A DNA stretch of 60,254 nucleotides, the filler included, from Dugesia japonica (Eukaryota): the NCBI GenBank assembly GCA_001938525.1. It is 6 parts of 6 records of this genome, joined end to end, with 100 filler letters (N's around TTAATTAATTAA, not from the genome) between each part and the next. Parts side by side here need not be neighbours in the genome. Positions count along the whole stretch, not along the records: positions 10,144 to 18,560 come from MQRL01589474.1; positions 18,661 to 28,168 come from MQRL01607958.1; 4 more parts are not named here. The stretch is one strand, 5' to 3'. The notes under the pieces were generated by a model. That model did no database searches. It was not told the DNA's origin and saw only the letters and a list, made by a program, of their open reading frames with translations. Below are positions 11,511 to 23,461 of the stretch, in pieces (the stretch's first letter is position 1; every line of letters begins with the position of its first letter). A program made the position numbers and the translations under genes.

Positions 11511-13980
11511 CAGGCCTGCACAACATACGGCCCGCAGGCCGCATGTTGCTCGTAAGGTTTTATGATCCGGCCCTCAATCCTTTAAAAAATTTCATAAAAA
11601 TGTCAAATGCAAAATCAAAGTTTATATTTTTAATCTTTTATAAAGCCTTTTTTATTATGTTTTCTACACATTTTAATTAACATTGCTGTATTTCATTGCA
11701 AATTGTTTATGATCTCTCCCTAATAACAATTCCCCACGCTTTAATTATTTTTAATTTGAAAATTTTATTTCAATTTGTAATTTTATATCAAATTATTTAT
11801 ATAACTACAACTACACTATAGAATTTTTCAAATGTTTTAACGTTTTGATTTTTAAAATAACTTTAGTGTACTTTTATAATTGATAAGAGAACATTTGCTA
11901 CTTTTACAGTTTAAAATAAATTATATTTAAAGCTTAATTAATTTAAAACTTTTATATTATAAGTTCAATTAATTTAAAAATTTATTTAATAAATTTATTT
12001 AGAAAAAAAATTATAAATGAACAATTAATCAATATTTTTTAGATTTTATAATGAGTGAAAAAAAATAGAAACTGAGCGTAGAATATTTAACTCGGAATGG
12101 ACAACCAGATATTTATTTACTTTATTGCAAGATAAGATACTTTGTCTCGTTTGCTGTGAAACAATAGCAGTCCCAAAGGAATACAATTTTCGTTGCCACT
12201 TTGGCACCAAACACCAAACATTATCCAAATTAGATGAGAAAGAGAAAAAACATAAAGCAGCGACTTTAATGTCAGCCATAAGCGGAAAGCAAAACATTTT
12301 TAAGAACATTGTAGCAGAGAATAAAACAGCAACTCGAATAAGTTTCCAGATTTTAAGGGAAATTGCTGCTGCTGGAAAAGCCTTTATTGAAGGGGAATTT
12401 GTGAAGAAATGTATGTTAATGAGAGTTTTTTATTTATGTCCATAAAAAAAGAAAATGTTTGAGAATGTTAACTTATCACGAATGACAGTACAAAGAAGAA
12501 TAACTGAAATTTCAGCAAATATCAATGATCAACTCTAAAGAAAAGCTCGGAAATTTTCATTCTTTTCTTTGTGTATAGACGAAAGTACAGATTTACAAGA
12601 TATTGCCCAACTTATTGTTTTTATTAGAGGTATTGACAAAAATTTTAATATTACTGAGGAGTTTGTTGGAATATGCTCCATGTCTGGACGTACGACAGAA
12701 AAAGAAATATTTAATGAAATGAAAAAATCTGTGACCGACAATTTGAATAATAATTTTACTAACTTGGAAGACATTTGTACAGATGGTGCCCAGCAATGTG
12801 TGGAAAAAATATTGGTGCCCACACTCCTTCAAGAATTTACTGGGAAGAAAATCATTCAATTACACTGTATTGTGCATCTCCCGGTTTTACGCAGCAAAGT
12901 TTTAAATTTTAAACATGTAATGAAGGTGATAGTTTCTGTTGTTAGCTATATTTGATCTAGTGGATTTAAGCATAGAACTTTTAAAGCTTTTCTAGAAGAA
13001 GTGGATATTAACTGTACGAGTTTACTCTACCATACCTATATTCTTTGGTTAAGCTGTGGACGGACGCTACAGCGTTTTGTTAATTTGAGATCCGAAATTG
13101 TTGCTTTTCTCCAAAATGAATCACGAAAATTTCTTGAACTTTAAGATGACGCTAGGAATTTCGATTTATTTTTCTTCTGTGATATTACACAGCATTTGAA
13201 TGATTTGAATATGCAACTTCAAGGAAAAAACCAATCTATATTTGAATGGCTAGCTGCTATCAGAGCCTTTAAAATGAGATTAAAATTTTTCAGAAGTCAA
13301 CTTTTAAAAAGTGAAATATCTCATTTTCCTACTTGCAAGCAACAAATTTCTCACCATAAGTATATAGATCTAGGACAAAAATATGCAGAACAAATCAATT
13401 TATTAATTGAAGAATTTGAGAGAAGATATGCCTTATCTGATAAAACATACGGTCATCTAAAATTAATTGAAGATCCATTTTATGTTGACGTTGAATATGT
13501 ACCACTCGAGTTGCAGTTTGAGGTTATTGAACTCCAGTGTTCAATATTGTATAAAAATAATTACAGGGAAAAGAACTTACTGGATTTTTGCAAAAGTTTG
13601 GACAGTAACAAACATAAAAATCTTATAGAACTTGCAATGAAAATGTTCTGTATTTTTTGTAGCACTTACTTATGCAAACGAACCTTTTCAGTAATGAATT
13701 TTAATAAAAATAAACACTGTTTTTATCTCACAAATGAACACATGGAAGATATTTAAAGAACAGCAACATCAAATATGACACCAGAATATGATAAGCTTGT
13801 CAAGGAAATGAAGTGCAATACTTCTCATTAAATTTTATAAAGATAATTTTTATTAATATAATTTAAAACACATTTTTTTTCTTTATTATTATCAAACATA
13901 GTCTTTTATATTAATTCTGGCCCTCGAAAGTTTTCCCTGAAAATTTAGGCCCTTGAAGCAATCTAAGTTGTGCAAGCCTG
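11511..13980 (+). mobile_element. hAT transposon, Buster/SPIN (GTF2IRD2-like) group, 2470 bp
   Basis: 14-bp TIRs CAGGCCTGCACAAC ... GTTGTGCAAGCCTG (1 mismatch). 8-bp flanks GTCTACAG (11503-11510) and TTCTACAG (13981-13988) have the central TA of the Buster nnnTAnnn target. Confidence 0.93.
12051..13831 (+). pseudogene. hAT transposase (SPIN/GTF2IRD2/EPM2AIP1-like), disrupted
   Basis: Motifs RIFNSEW..YLF, CLVCCETIAVPKEYNFRCHF, CIDESTD, CTDGA, HCIVH, LNMQLQGK, and STYLCKRTFS (catalytic E->K). Several stops and frameshifts. Confidence 0.92.
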
Positions 13981-13988
13981 TTCTACAG

Positions 13989-15033
13989 TAAACCCTATGT
14001 GAAATGTGTTTAGATTTTAATTCAGAGTTGAATAGTATGAGAATATTTTAAAAATTATCATTAATTTAACTATAATTATAAGTTATAATTAATTATATAA
14101 TTATATATTATTTCTTGAACGAAGCATTTTTATACTGCAAACCATTTATGAAAGATTTTCAGTTTTTTATTTTGAGCTCAAAGATATTCAATTTGTTTGC
14201 TATCATAAGTATTTCCAGAGTAAATAATTTCTTTTATCAAAGGTGGGGCATAGTACCCGGTAATTTTCTATCATTTGAACAAAGCATATTTATACAACAA
14301 AACTTATACGAAATATGTTTGGTTATTTTATTTTAAATCGAATGCTATTATTTAAAGAGCCATACGATAAGTTTTTACTGAGAAATTTGTAGATCAAGTT
14401 CAANNNNNNNNNNNNNNNNNNNNNNNNNNNNNNNNNNNNNNNNNNNNNNNNNNATAATTATAAGTTATAATTAATTATATAATTATATATTATTTCTTGA
14501 ACGAAGCATTTTTATACTGCAAACCATGTATGAAAGATTTTCAGTTTTTTATTGTGAGCTCAAAGATATTCAATTTGTTTGCTATCATAAGTATTTCCAG
14601 AGTAAATAATTTATTTTATCAAAGGTGGGGCATAGTACCCGGTAATTTTCTATCATTTGATTTTAAATCGAATGCTATTATTTAAAGAGCCATACGATAA
14701 GTTTTTACTGAGAAATTTGTAGATCAAGTTCAAGTGATACAGTGAGCTCATACCTTTATCTTGGAAACTAAAAGTATTCATATAATACACCTTATAAAAA
14801 AATGTTTAGAATTTTATTTTGTGTTCAACAATACTAAATTGTAAATTGTACGATAAAAATTGACCGAAAAGTTTCGAACCAAAAATTCGATCATTCCGAC
14901 CAAAATTCGAAAAAATCTTTTACTTACTCATAACGACCCATCAAAATCCCACATTTCTGTATCACTCAAATTACTAGATCACTTCATCGGTGGGGGAGGG
15001 GGAACTGATCCAGTGCGCTTATATTTCAAGTAT
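13989..15033 (-). mobile_element. Right arm of the same modular-TIR family, degenerate
   Basis: Contains the ~315-bp unit sequences (GATCAAG..CAGTGAGCTCATACC) and the terminal block CGATAAAAATTGACCGAAAA..TAACGACC..GGGGGAGGGGG..CCAGTGCGCTTATATTTC. The AGTAG tip is not conserved. Confidence 0.7.
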
Positions 15034-18000
15034 AAAATAAAAGTTACGCACCACCGATATGGAAATTACTAAATTAATCAATACTCTAGAAAGTTTATAT
15101 GTTGACTTTTACAATTCAATCCATGTCAAATTCAATAAGAACTTATAGTCTTGTTAATAAGTATTATGAGATGCAGTTTTAGTTTTCATTTTGATGACAC
15201 CATTTTTCTAATGTCCAAGCACATAGTTTCTTATGACATCTTTGTGTTATGCATTTTTTTAAAAATGTTTATTTCGAGTGAATTTTTAACATTGATTTAT
15301 ATTCATTAGCAAGAAATCAACAACATATGGTTTTGGCTCAATTTTCAAGGGATAGGAAAAACTTCATACATCCTTAAAGTTGCCACATGGACTCCTTGAA
15401 TTAGATAAAATTATTAGTGTTTAACCAAAAAGTACTGATGAAGAGCACACTTTTCCATTATGTAGGTTAGTTCTGAACAAATCAAAAAAGCTATCTATTG
15501 ACTGCTATAGATTTTATTTAATATTTTTACAAAATTTAATATTGTAAAAGAATAACATTTTTGAATAATTTTTGCATAGTTTATTCAAATTATTAGTATA
15601 TTCTCTCAAAGGTAGATATCATATTTATTTATAGTTTTTAATATCTTCTTTAATTCGATAAAATCTAAAAATTCAGTAAATAAGCCAATTTTTAAATGTT
15701 GAATTCGGATAAAAATCACTCTCAGTTCAACTATATTCTATATTAGTAAACCAGTTGTTAGGTGAGTCTGAAATTTAAAAGATTTTTAATATACTTTAAT
15801 TAACTAGTAAAATTAGAGAAAGAATAAAATATTCAAACAATTTGAACAGAGCCTGAAACTCAAATTTAGTTTTTAACATAAATTTTCATAATTACAAAAT
15901 TTATAAATTTCTGATTTTATTTCTGAAATAAATATTGTATTAAAGTATTGCTAGAAGAAAATGCTAAGAATAATTATTATCATTCAAAATAGGCATAATA
16001 TAAAATAATTAAGTAAAATAATAACTAATGAACAAAAGGAACCGATAAAAGAAAGAAATAAAAAACCGAAAATAAATAAAATTGCCAATACGGGAAAGGA
16101 AAATAAATTAAGAAAAATAAATAAAATAAAATAATAATTAAATTAAATTAAATTAATAATTAGATGAGAAATAATAAACCAAGTTAAAAGAAAAGCAACT
16201 ATAATTGGGTTCGAAGAAAACATCAGAGGAAAAAAATTACAAATTTAACCATTTCTGTGAAACCAAAATCAAAATCGAATATCTAATTAACGAAATCTCA
16301 TTAAATTAAGTGTTGTGCACATTTTGTTCCACAGATAAATAATATACTACGACTAGAAGTATATGAAACAACAAAAATTTAGTGGAAATTGCAATTTTCT
16401 GCAATAATTCGGTAATCATTAAAGTAAACGGAAACATGTTTGGAACTCATTACTAGCATCAGAAATGCACTTTAATTCCATAATTCTCCATGAGTGACAC
16501 AAAAGTTATTAAAGGATAGAGAAAAGATGGAAATAGAATAAAAATTTTGAGGAACTCTCAGTCGTATTTTAAAAGAAAAAAATAAAAACTGCAAAATAAG
16601 GAAAAATTAACCGTAAATTATTTTCTTAATTAATCTTCTGAAAAAGTACTTGATTATGTTCTTCATTGTTAGTACGCACAAAATTTTCTTAAGAGGCATA
16701 TGATTTCGAAGCAAGCATAAATACGGCTTCGAATTCACATTAAATTTAACCAAAGTTTGAGCCAAAAATATATTGAAACAAAATTTTGTTGAGAACTTTA
16801 AAATATTTTAGAAGAAACTTTTAGGACAAACATACTTTGATAGCGTTGAAGACTTTCGGAAGAAATCATTATTTGAAAAAAATTATCTTTATTGAATCAA
16901 CACAGATAAGTATTTATGTTTAATAATTATATTTATTTATAATCATATTATATTTATTTATTGTATAATATTATATTTATTATATTATTTACTAATATTT
17001 ATAAAATTATATTATATTATATTTACTAAAGTCATATTAATGAATAATTAGCATAAATATTTTGGTAATGTAATTTATAAATAATTTCCTTTTAGCTTCC
17101 CGAAATTCAGTAGCATAATGCATTTCAGAAATATATTTCATATTTAACATTGATTACTTTGAATAAGATATGCATGTTAAACAAGTTAATCGTCAAAAGG
17201 TTCTCAATAATACATATGCGTTTTTTGGTAGCCAAGAAATTTAAATCAGATCTCGTGTCATTTAGGACTAAATCGAATGAAATTTATCTTTACAAAACAA
17301 GCGATGATCCGCAGCCGCCAATATATTTTTTAATGTAATTATACTATTCCAGATGAGTGTGTAAACATGAATTAAATGATAAATCGAAAAGGAAATGAAG
17401 AAGAGATTTTTCAGAGATTTTTGACTATAATGTAATGACGGAAATCGTCAAAAATTGTCAACAGAAGCCGCTTATTTGCGATTTGGAGGAAGTTCTTAAA
17501 GAATCGATAACGGGTTATTGTATCTTAAACGAAGAATCCTATGGATTATTTTGGAAATAGAAAAAAAATAGAACAGAAAATATCTTTATCTAAGTGAAAG
17601 CTCGAAACGAATTTAAAAACAGAGAAAGGGACTATGATTGTGTGAGAAAAGGATTTTAAGGGAACTGACAATATTCCATGAACTTTTTATATTCGAAATG
17701 GAACAATATGTCACTGCCTCAAGTATAGTTTTCTCTTCTTTTCAATCTTTTTTTGTAGTTGCCAATGCTTAAAACTAAACTCAACACTTGAAAATATGAT
17801 CAAATTTTATAATTATATTCTAACATTAGCATGCAAGTTCAAATACAATATATAAACATTTCTAGCTTTTTATAATCAATTAAAATTCTACCAAAGATCA
17901 TTAAAGCTCATTATTAACTATTACATAATTGAGGGATAATACTATTGCCTTGGTTTATTATTAATCCGCATTCAACCAGTAATTGATATGATCAGAAAAT

Positions 18001-18354
18001 TTGGAATGTTTAAGATGATGGTTCACCAGTTGTAAATTACCTTCTTCACTAGCAGCCCTACATAGCAAAATTAATTCTAGCAAAATTTCTATCAAATGCA
18101 TTATATAAACNGTATTTTTGAAGATTTATTATGTGATTATTAAATAAGTAAAGTAAGTGTAAGTCATTTTATTATGTCATTAGAAAAAAAATGTAATTTT
18201 TTAACATTTAACTTTAAGCTGAAACAACTCAAGTCCAAATAAAAATTTTTAAAATAAGTAATAATATTTTAAAAATGTATGTAAAATAATATTTATGTGG
18301 TCTTTGTTTTAATATCAATTGATAAGCCTGTATTTTTATTAACAAATTCGAAAA

Positions 18355-18560
18355 TGAAAGAATGCAATGGAATGCGATTTATCTTCATAAGTTCAAACTA
18401 TGCTATGGAGCTGTGGAGGCCACTTGTAATGTCACCAGCGCATTCGGCAGGAAGAACGTAAATATTCGCACTATGTAACTATTGTTTCAAAGATTTCCAG
18501 AAGATAAAAGCCTAACAAATAAAGAAGGTTGCAGACTAAACAATTTAATTAAGACAGATC
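18355..18560 (+). pseudogene. Mariner (Hsmar/SETMAR-like) transposase N-terminal HTH relic, cut by the scaffold end
   Basis: AIYLHKFKLCYGAVEATCNVTSAFGRKNVNIRTM*LLFQRFPEDKSL resembles mariner AIFLFEFK.G..AAE..RNIN.AFG....ERTV..WF..F..GD.SL. Confidence 0.7.
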
Positions 18561-18660
18561 NNNNNNNNNNNNNNNNNNNNNNNNNNNNNNNNNNNNNNNN
18601 NNNNTTAATTAATTAANNNNNNNNNNNNNNNNNNNNNNNNNNNNNNNNNNNNNNNNNNNN
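18561..18660. other. Artificial scaffold-joining spacer N44-TTAATTAATTAA-N44
   Basis: Same 100-bp spacer as at 10044. Confidence 0.97.
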
Positions 18661-20173
18661 TCTTGGAAAATAAAATTATTCACATAGCAAAGCATACATG
18701 GAAAATGTTCAGTTTTTGATTCTGAGTTCAACAAAATCAAATATGTTATTTTATCATTAGTATTTCTTGAAAAAATAAATTTTCGTTCTCTGTGAGACAT
18801 GGAACCTGGTGATTTTCTATCTTTTGAAATAAAAATATTTTTACAACAAACCCTGTACAAAATATGTTCAGAATTTTATTCTGAATAGAATGCTATCATT
18901 TTTAGATCCATAAGATAAGTATTGGTTGAGAAATTCTTGGATCAAGGTCAAAAGTGACAGTGCTGACATACCCTTCCAGAAAGAACCAAGCATATTCACA
19001 TAGCAAACTCTATACATAATATGTTCAGATTTTAATTCTGAGTTTAAAATTACCAAGTTTGTTATTTTATCATAAGTATTTCTCGAAAAATTAATTTTTC
19101 ATTTTCAGCGCGATATATAACTCCTGAGAATTTTCTATTTTTTGAAATAAAAATATTTTTACAACAAACCCTGTACAAAATATGTTTAGGATTTTATTCT
19201 GAGTCGAATGGTACCATTTACAAAACGATCCGATAAAAATTCGTTGAGAAAATCTTGGATCAAGGTCAAAAGTGCCAGTGCTGACATACCCTTCCAGAGA
19301 GAACCAAGCATATTCACATANNNNNNNNNNNNNNNNNNNNNNNNNNNNNNNNNNNNNNNNNNNNNNNNNNAATTTTCGTTCTCTGTGAGACATGGAACCT
19401 GGTGATTTTCTATCTTTTGAAATAAAAATATTTTTACAACAAACGCTGTACAAAATATGTTCAGAATTTTATTCTGAATTGAATGCTATCATTTTTAGAT
19501 CCATAAGATAAGTATTGGTTGAGAAATTCTTGGATCAAGATCAAAAGTGACAGTGCTGACATACCCTTCCAGAAAGAACCAAGCATATTCAAATAGCAAA
19601 CTCTATACATAATATGTTCAGATTTTAATTCTGAGTTTAAAATTACCAAGTTTGTTATTTTATCATAAGTATTTCTCGAAAAATTAATTTTTCATTTTCA
19701 ACGCGATATATAACTCCTGAGAATTTTCTATTTTTTGAAATAAAAATATTTTTACAACAAACCCTGTACAACATATGTTTAGAATTTTATTCTGAGTCGA
19801 ATGGTACCATTTACAAAACGATCCGATAAAAATTCGTTGAGAAATTCTTGGATCAAGGTCAAAAGTGCCAGTGCTGACATACCCTTCCAGAGAGAACCAA
19901 GCATATTCACATAGCAAACCCTATACAAAAAATGTTTAAACTTTAATTTGTAGTTCAACAATACCAAAATTTCAATTGTACGATAAAAATTGACCGAAAA
20001 AATTGGTTTCGAAAATTCAAATTTTCGACCGTTCCAACTCGAATTCGAAATTTTTTTTCATGTATTCGTAACGACCAATCAAAATTCTTTCATACTGGCA
20101 CTTCAATTACTAGCACGATCGACGGGGGGGCGTGGGGGGGGTCATCGTGCCAGTGCTGACGTATCCCACTACT
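18661..20173 (-). mobile_element. Right arm of the modular-TIR element: ~318-bp tandem units ending in an AGTAG terminus
   Basis: GCATATTCA(C/A)ATA recurs near 18990, 19308, 19583 and 19901. The reverse-complement terminus AGTAGTGGGATACGTCAGCACTGG is followed by a C-run and GATTGGTCGTTA, as at 4430. Confidence 0.85.
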
Positions 20174-20730
20174 ATCAACTTATTGTTTTCAACTGTTTTA
20201 CTATAACCATTAAATACAACCACTGAACTGTATGACACAAATCCAACAAAGTTCACCTAATTAAAACTATAAATCTATTAAACCTTTTATATTAGATAAA
20301 GTTTAGTGAAATTAAGATGAGTTAAAGAAATTTTTGAAATATAAATAACTTTGTGAAATTAATTAGTTTTCATTAGCTTTAGATTAATTAATGAAATTTA
20401 TGAAACTTCAGAAAATTAAGGCAATTAATGGAAATTTAACAAATCTTAATAAAATTGTGAGGATTAATTACATTTAGGAATTTTTAGATTTTGTTTAAAT
20501 AATATATTCAGTTTTTTGGTGTTAAATTTGAAAAGTAAATCTTCGTCAAAAAGGTTTTATCGGTAATTATTTGATTTTAGTATTTTGGCAAGGTAATATT
20601 GTTTCCGTTGTAATTTTTACAGTGTAATTTTTAAATTTATATTGTTAAATTTATTTAGAATCCCTGTTATTATTAATAAATAATTATGATAAAAGAAGAT
20701 TGTTTTTTACCAGAGGTATGTATGCCTTAG

Positions 20731-22990
20731 ATGATAGGAGGGTTAATACCGACACAATTGCAGAGAAACTTTAGTAGAGATGGAGAATTGTGTTTATTTA
20801 TAAAACAGTGCGAGTTGTATTTTGCAACTAAAGGGATTAATGCTCAAAGAGATCAGGAAAAGCTAATAACTTGTTTATTAGACACTGATTTGATAGAAAA
20901 ATATTTTAAAACTGCAGATAGAGCAATGGGTTTTCAAGCACGTATGCGGCTGGCTTTTCACAAGGAAAAAGATATTTTAGAAGACCTGAAGAGTTTATTA
21001 ACATTCAGACGAGGAAATTTGGAGTTAGATAAATTCATTAAAAAAGCAGAGACTCTAGTAGAAAATATTTTTACACACAAAGATTTAACTAAAGAAGCGT
21101 TGTTAGCGAAAGTTCTAGTGAGTGCATCTGAGAGTAATACTTTGCAGAGAGAAGTGGTACTCAGAAAACAATCCACGGTAATGGAAATTAAGGAAACATT
21201 TGGTTTATTAGATAAGATAGAAGGCAGAAAAGATCATATTGATGCGATAAGAAGTCAGACAACAAGATTGAATAAGGATTGGCACAAACCAGTAAGTCCA
21301 CAAAACAGGAGCAACTTCGAAGATCAGAAAGAACAGTTGAATGTTGGGGCAGTAATAAGAAGGGTCATATGAGGGCACAGTGGCCTGGGAAAGAATTTAG
21401 AGAATCTTGGTTGTGTCATCAGAAGGGACATTTGAGTAGGAATTGTATAAAAAATCAATGAGGAAGATATTTCGGTTGCGGTGAATTGGGGTATATAAGA
21501 AATGAATGTTCAAAGTTGAAATGTTTTCGTTGTGGTAGAGCAGGTCATAAAGCGACAAGTTGCCGAGAAGTTTGGAAGAGTGATAGGATAGAGTTTAGAA
21601 ATGAAGAGAGACGAGAACAAAAAAATTGGTTTGGATATTTTAATACAGTTAAAGCGATAGATATAGTGTAGCAACATGAGGAAATGTTAGAAGAAAATTG
21701 ATCAGAGTCATCACACCCAAATGGGAGGGATCCGCCAAGAAAGGAGTAAGTAGGGGCCGATTATTAGTAAATACAGGTAAGGAAGATCCTCAAGGAGTAG
21801 AGACGTGGAAAAATAGAGAAAAGGTTTGTGAAAAAGTGTATATGTTTTTGAAGAAGGATAAGTTTTAATTGGAATGGGATTTAAAATGGGTGGGTGTTTT
21901 GTCAGGAGGACAAGAAGTAGAGATTAGATTTGATAGATTACAGCGTAGACCGAGTGAGATGATAACTATCGATGGAGTTTAGATAGAATGCCTTTTGGAC
22001 ACGGGAGCGCGCATAAATGTAATCAGCGAAAAATGTTTGAAGAGATGGCCAGAAGCAAGAGTAATACCCATCAAATGGAAAGTGTGATTAGAGGTGCTAT
22101 TAGGTGAGAGCAAATCGGGAGTGGAATTTATAGTAGCAGAAAATGTGTTTCCAGATATTATTGTAGGGATAAATTTCCAACGTATTTTTGGATTTCATTT
22201 ACGCAGGTAAGAGTTATCTAAAGAGATACGTAACAGTGAATTAGTAGAAAACATTGAAGCAAGATTCGGCAAAGAAGCTACAGAAAGAGACACATGGAAG
22301 CGAGTAAAATATATGATTGGAATGCAGGATGACAATTGTTTACAGGTAATTTTTAGATGGGATATAAATGCTTTTATGGCGTCAAAATGAGATGTGGAGT
22401 GCACTCACATTGTGAAGCAAATATTTGTGACAAAAGCTGAGCCAATAAAGGTAAAACTGTATAGAATTCCGATGCATTTAGTAAATCACATGAAAGAGAT
22501 AATTCAAAACTTGGTGGAAAACAGTATCATTCGGAAATGTAATTCACCGTGGAATGCACCATTAATTTGCATATGGAAGAAGGAGAAGAATGATGTACGA
22601 CCTTTTCTAGATTTTAAAAGGTTTAACGCAATTACAGAAAGATAAGCATTTCCGATGCCTAATGTAGATGACATGTTAGTTGCATTACATGGAAATGTGT
22701 ATTTCAGCTTGATTGACTTAAGTAATTCATACTACTAAGTAAAACTAAAAAAAGACTCGCAAGAAAAAACAGTTTTTTTGACAAAACATGACAGTATTGT
22801 TTCACGCGAATGCCTTTTGGGATAGCAGCTGCTCCAGGAATTTTTCAGGAGATGATAGGAAAAGTCATAGATAATATCGATGGGTCGATGGTATATCTCG
22901 ACGATATCCTCATTTTCTCTAAAGACAAGGAAAGCAATCACGCTCGAGTGGAGAAGGTATTGGGCTGGACTGAGAAATAATCCGGAAAAA
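20731..22990 (+). mobile_element. Ty3/gypsy LTR retrotransposon relic: gag with four zinc knuckles, protease, RT; 3' truncated
   Basis: Gag 20731-21670 with CCHC-type motifs. Protease CLLDTGARINVIS (~21990). RT SPWNAP, LDFKRFN, FPMPNVDD, MPFG, YLDDILIFS (~22890). A possible 5' LTR TG..CA at ~20457-20711 is unconfirmed. Confidence 0.9.
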
Positions 22991-23461
22991 TTACTTTTCA
23001 TATAATTTTAATTCTCAATAATAATTTCACTAATTGATATAAAACATAAATTTCAATTTTCGAAAATTTCATAATGAATTAGATCTTATTAATTTGAAAA
23101 ATTCATATTTGGATCGGATCTACTGATTTTGAATAAATATTATAAGTACTAGAATCTAGTAACTAAATGGATAGAATTCAGATAACTCCATACAATTTCT
23201 AAAAAAAGAAATTAGTACAATTATATAGGTTTGCTGATAATAATAATTATAGCCTCATATTGCATACACTATTTCTTAAAGTTTCAATAATCTAAAATTT
23301 TAAATATTTTTTGTTGCAAACAAAATCACAGTCAGTATTATTTGACTTTTATTTCTACATATAATGCACATTAGTCTTCGAAAATAGTTACTATTGTAAA
23401 TTAAATCTTACAGAAGTGTTTTAATTAAATAACCTAATTTATTTTCCTCGCAAATATTTAA

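Noticed and set aside
14075-14735. Tandem duplication giving twin ORFs 14115 and 14497 (likewise 18777-19320 versus 19371-19910 and ORFs 18609-19967)
   Set aside because: The near-identical copies flank 50-N gaps, so they are probably haplotype or overlap artefacts. The ORFs are chance frames in non-coding repeats.
15080-17750. Coding-like decayed patches (also 43150-43620 and 47750-48940)
   Set aside because: No motif could be assigned with confidence.
4430-20173. One giant 15.7-kb foldback element formed by the inverted arms at 4430 and 20173
   Set aside because: The arms lie on different scaffolds separated by two artificial spacers, they are different subfamily variants, and there is no TSD.
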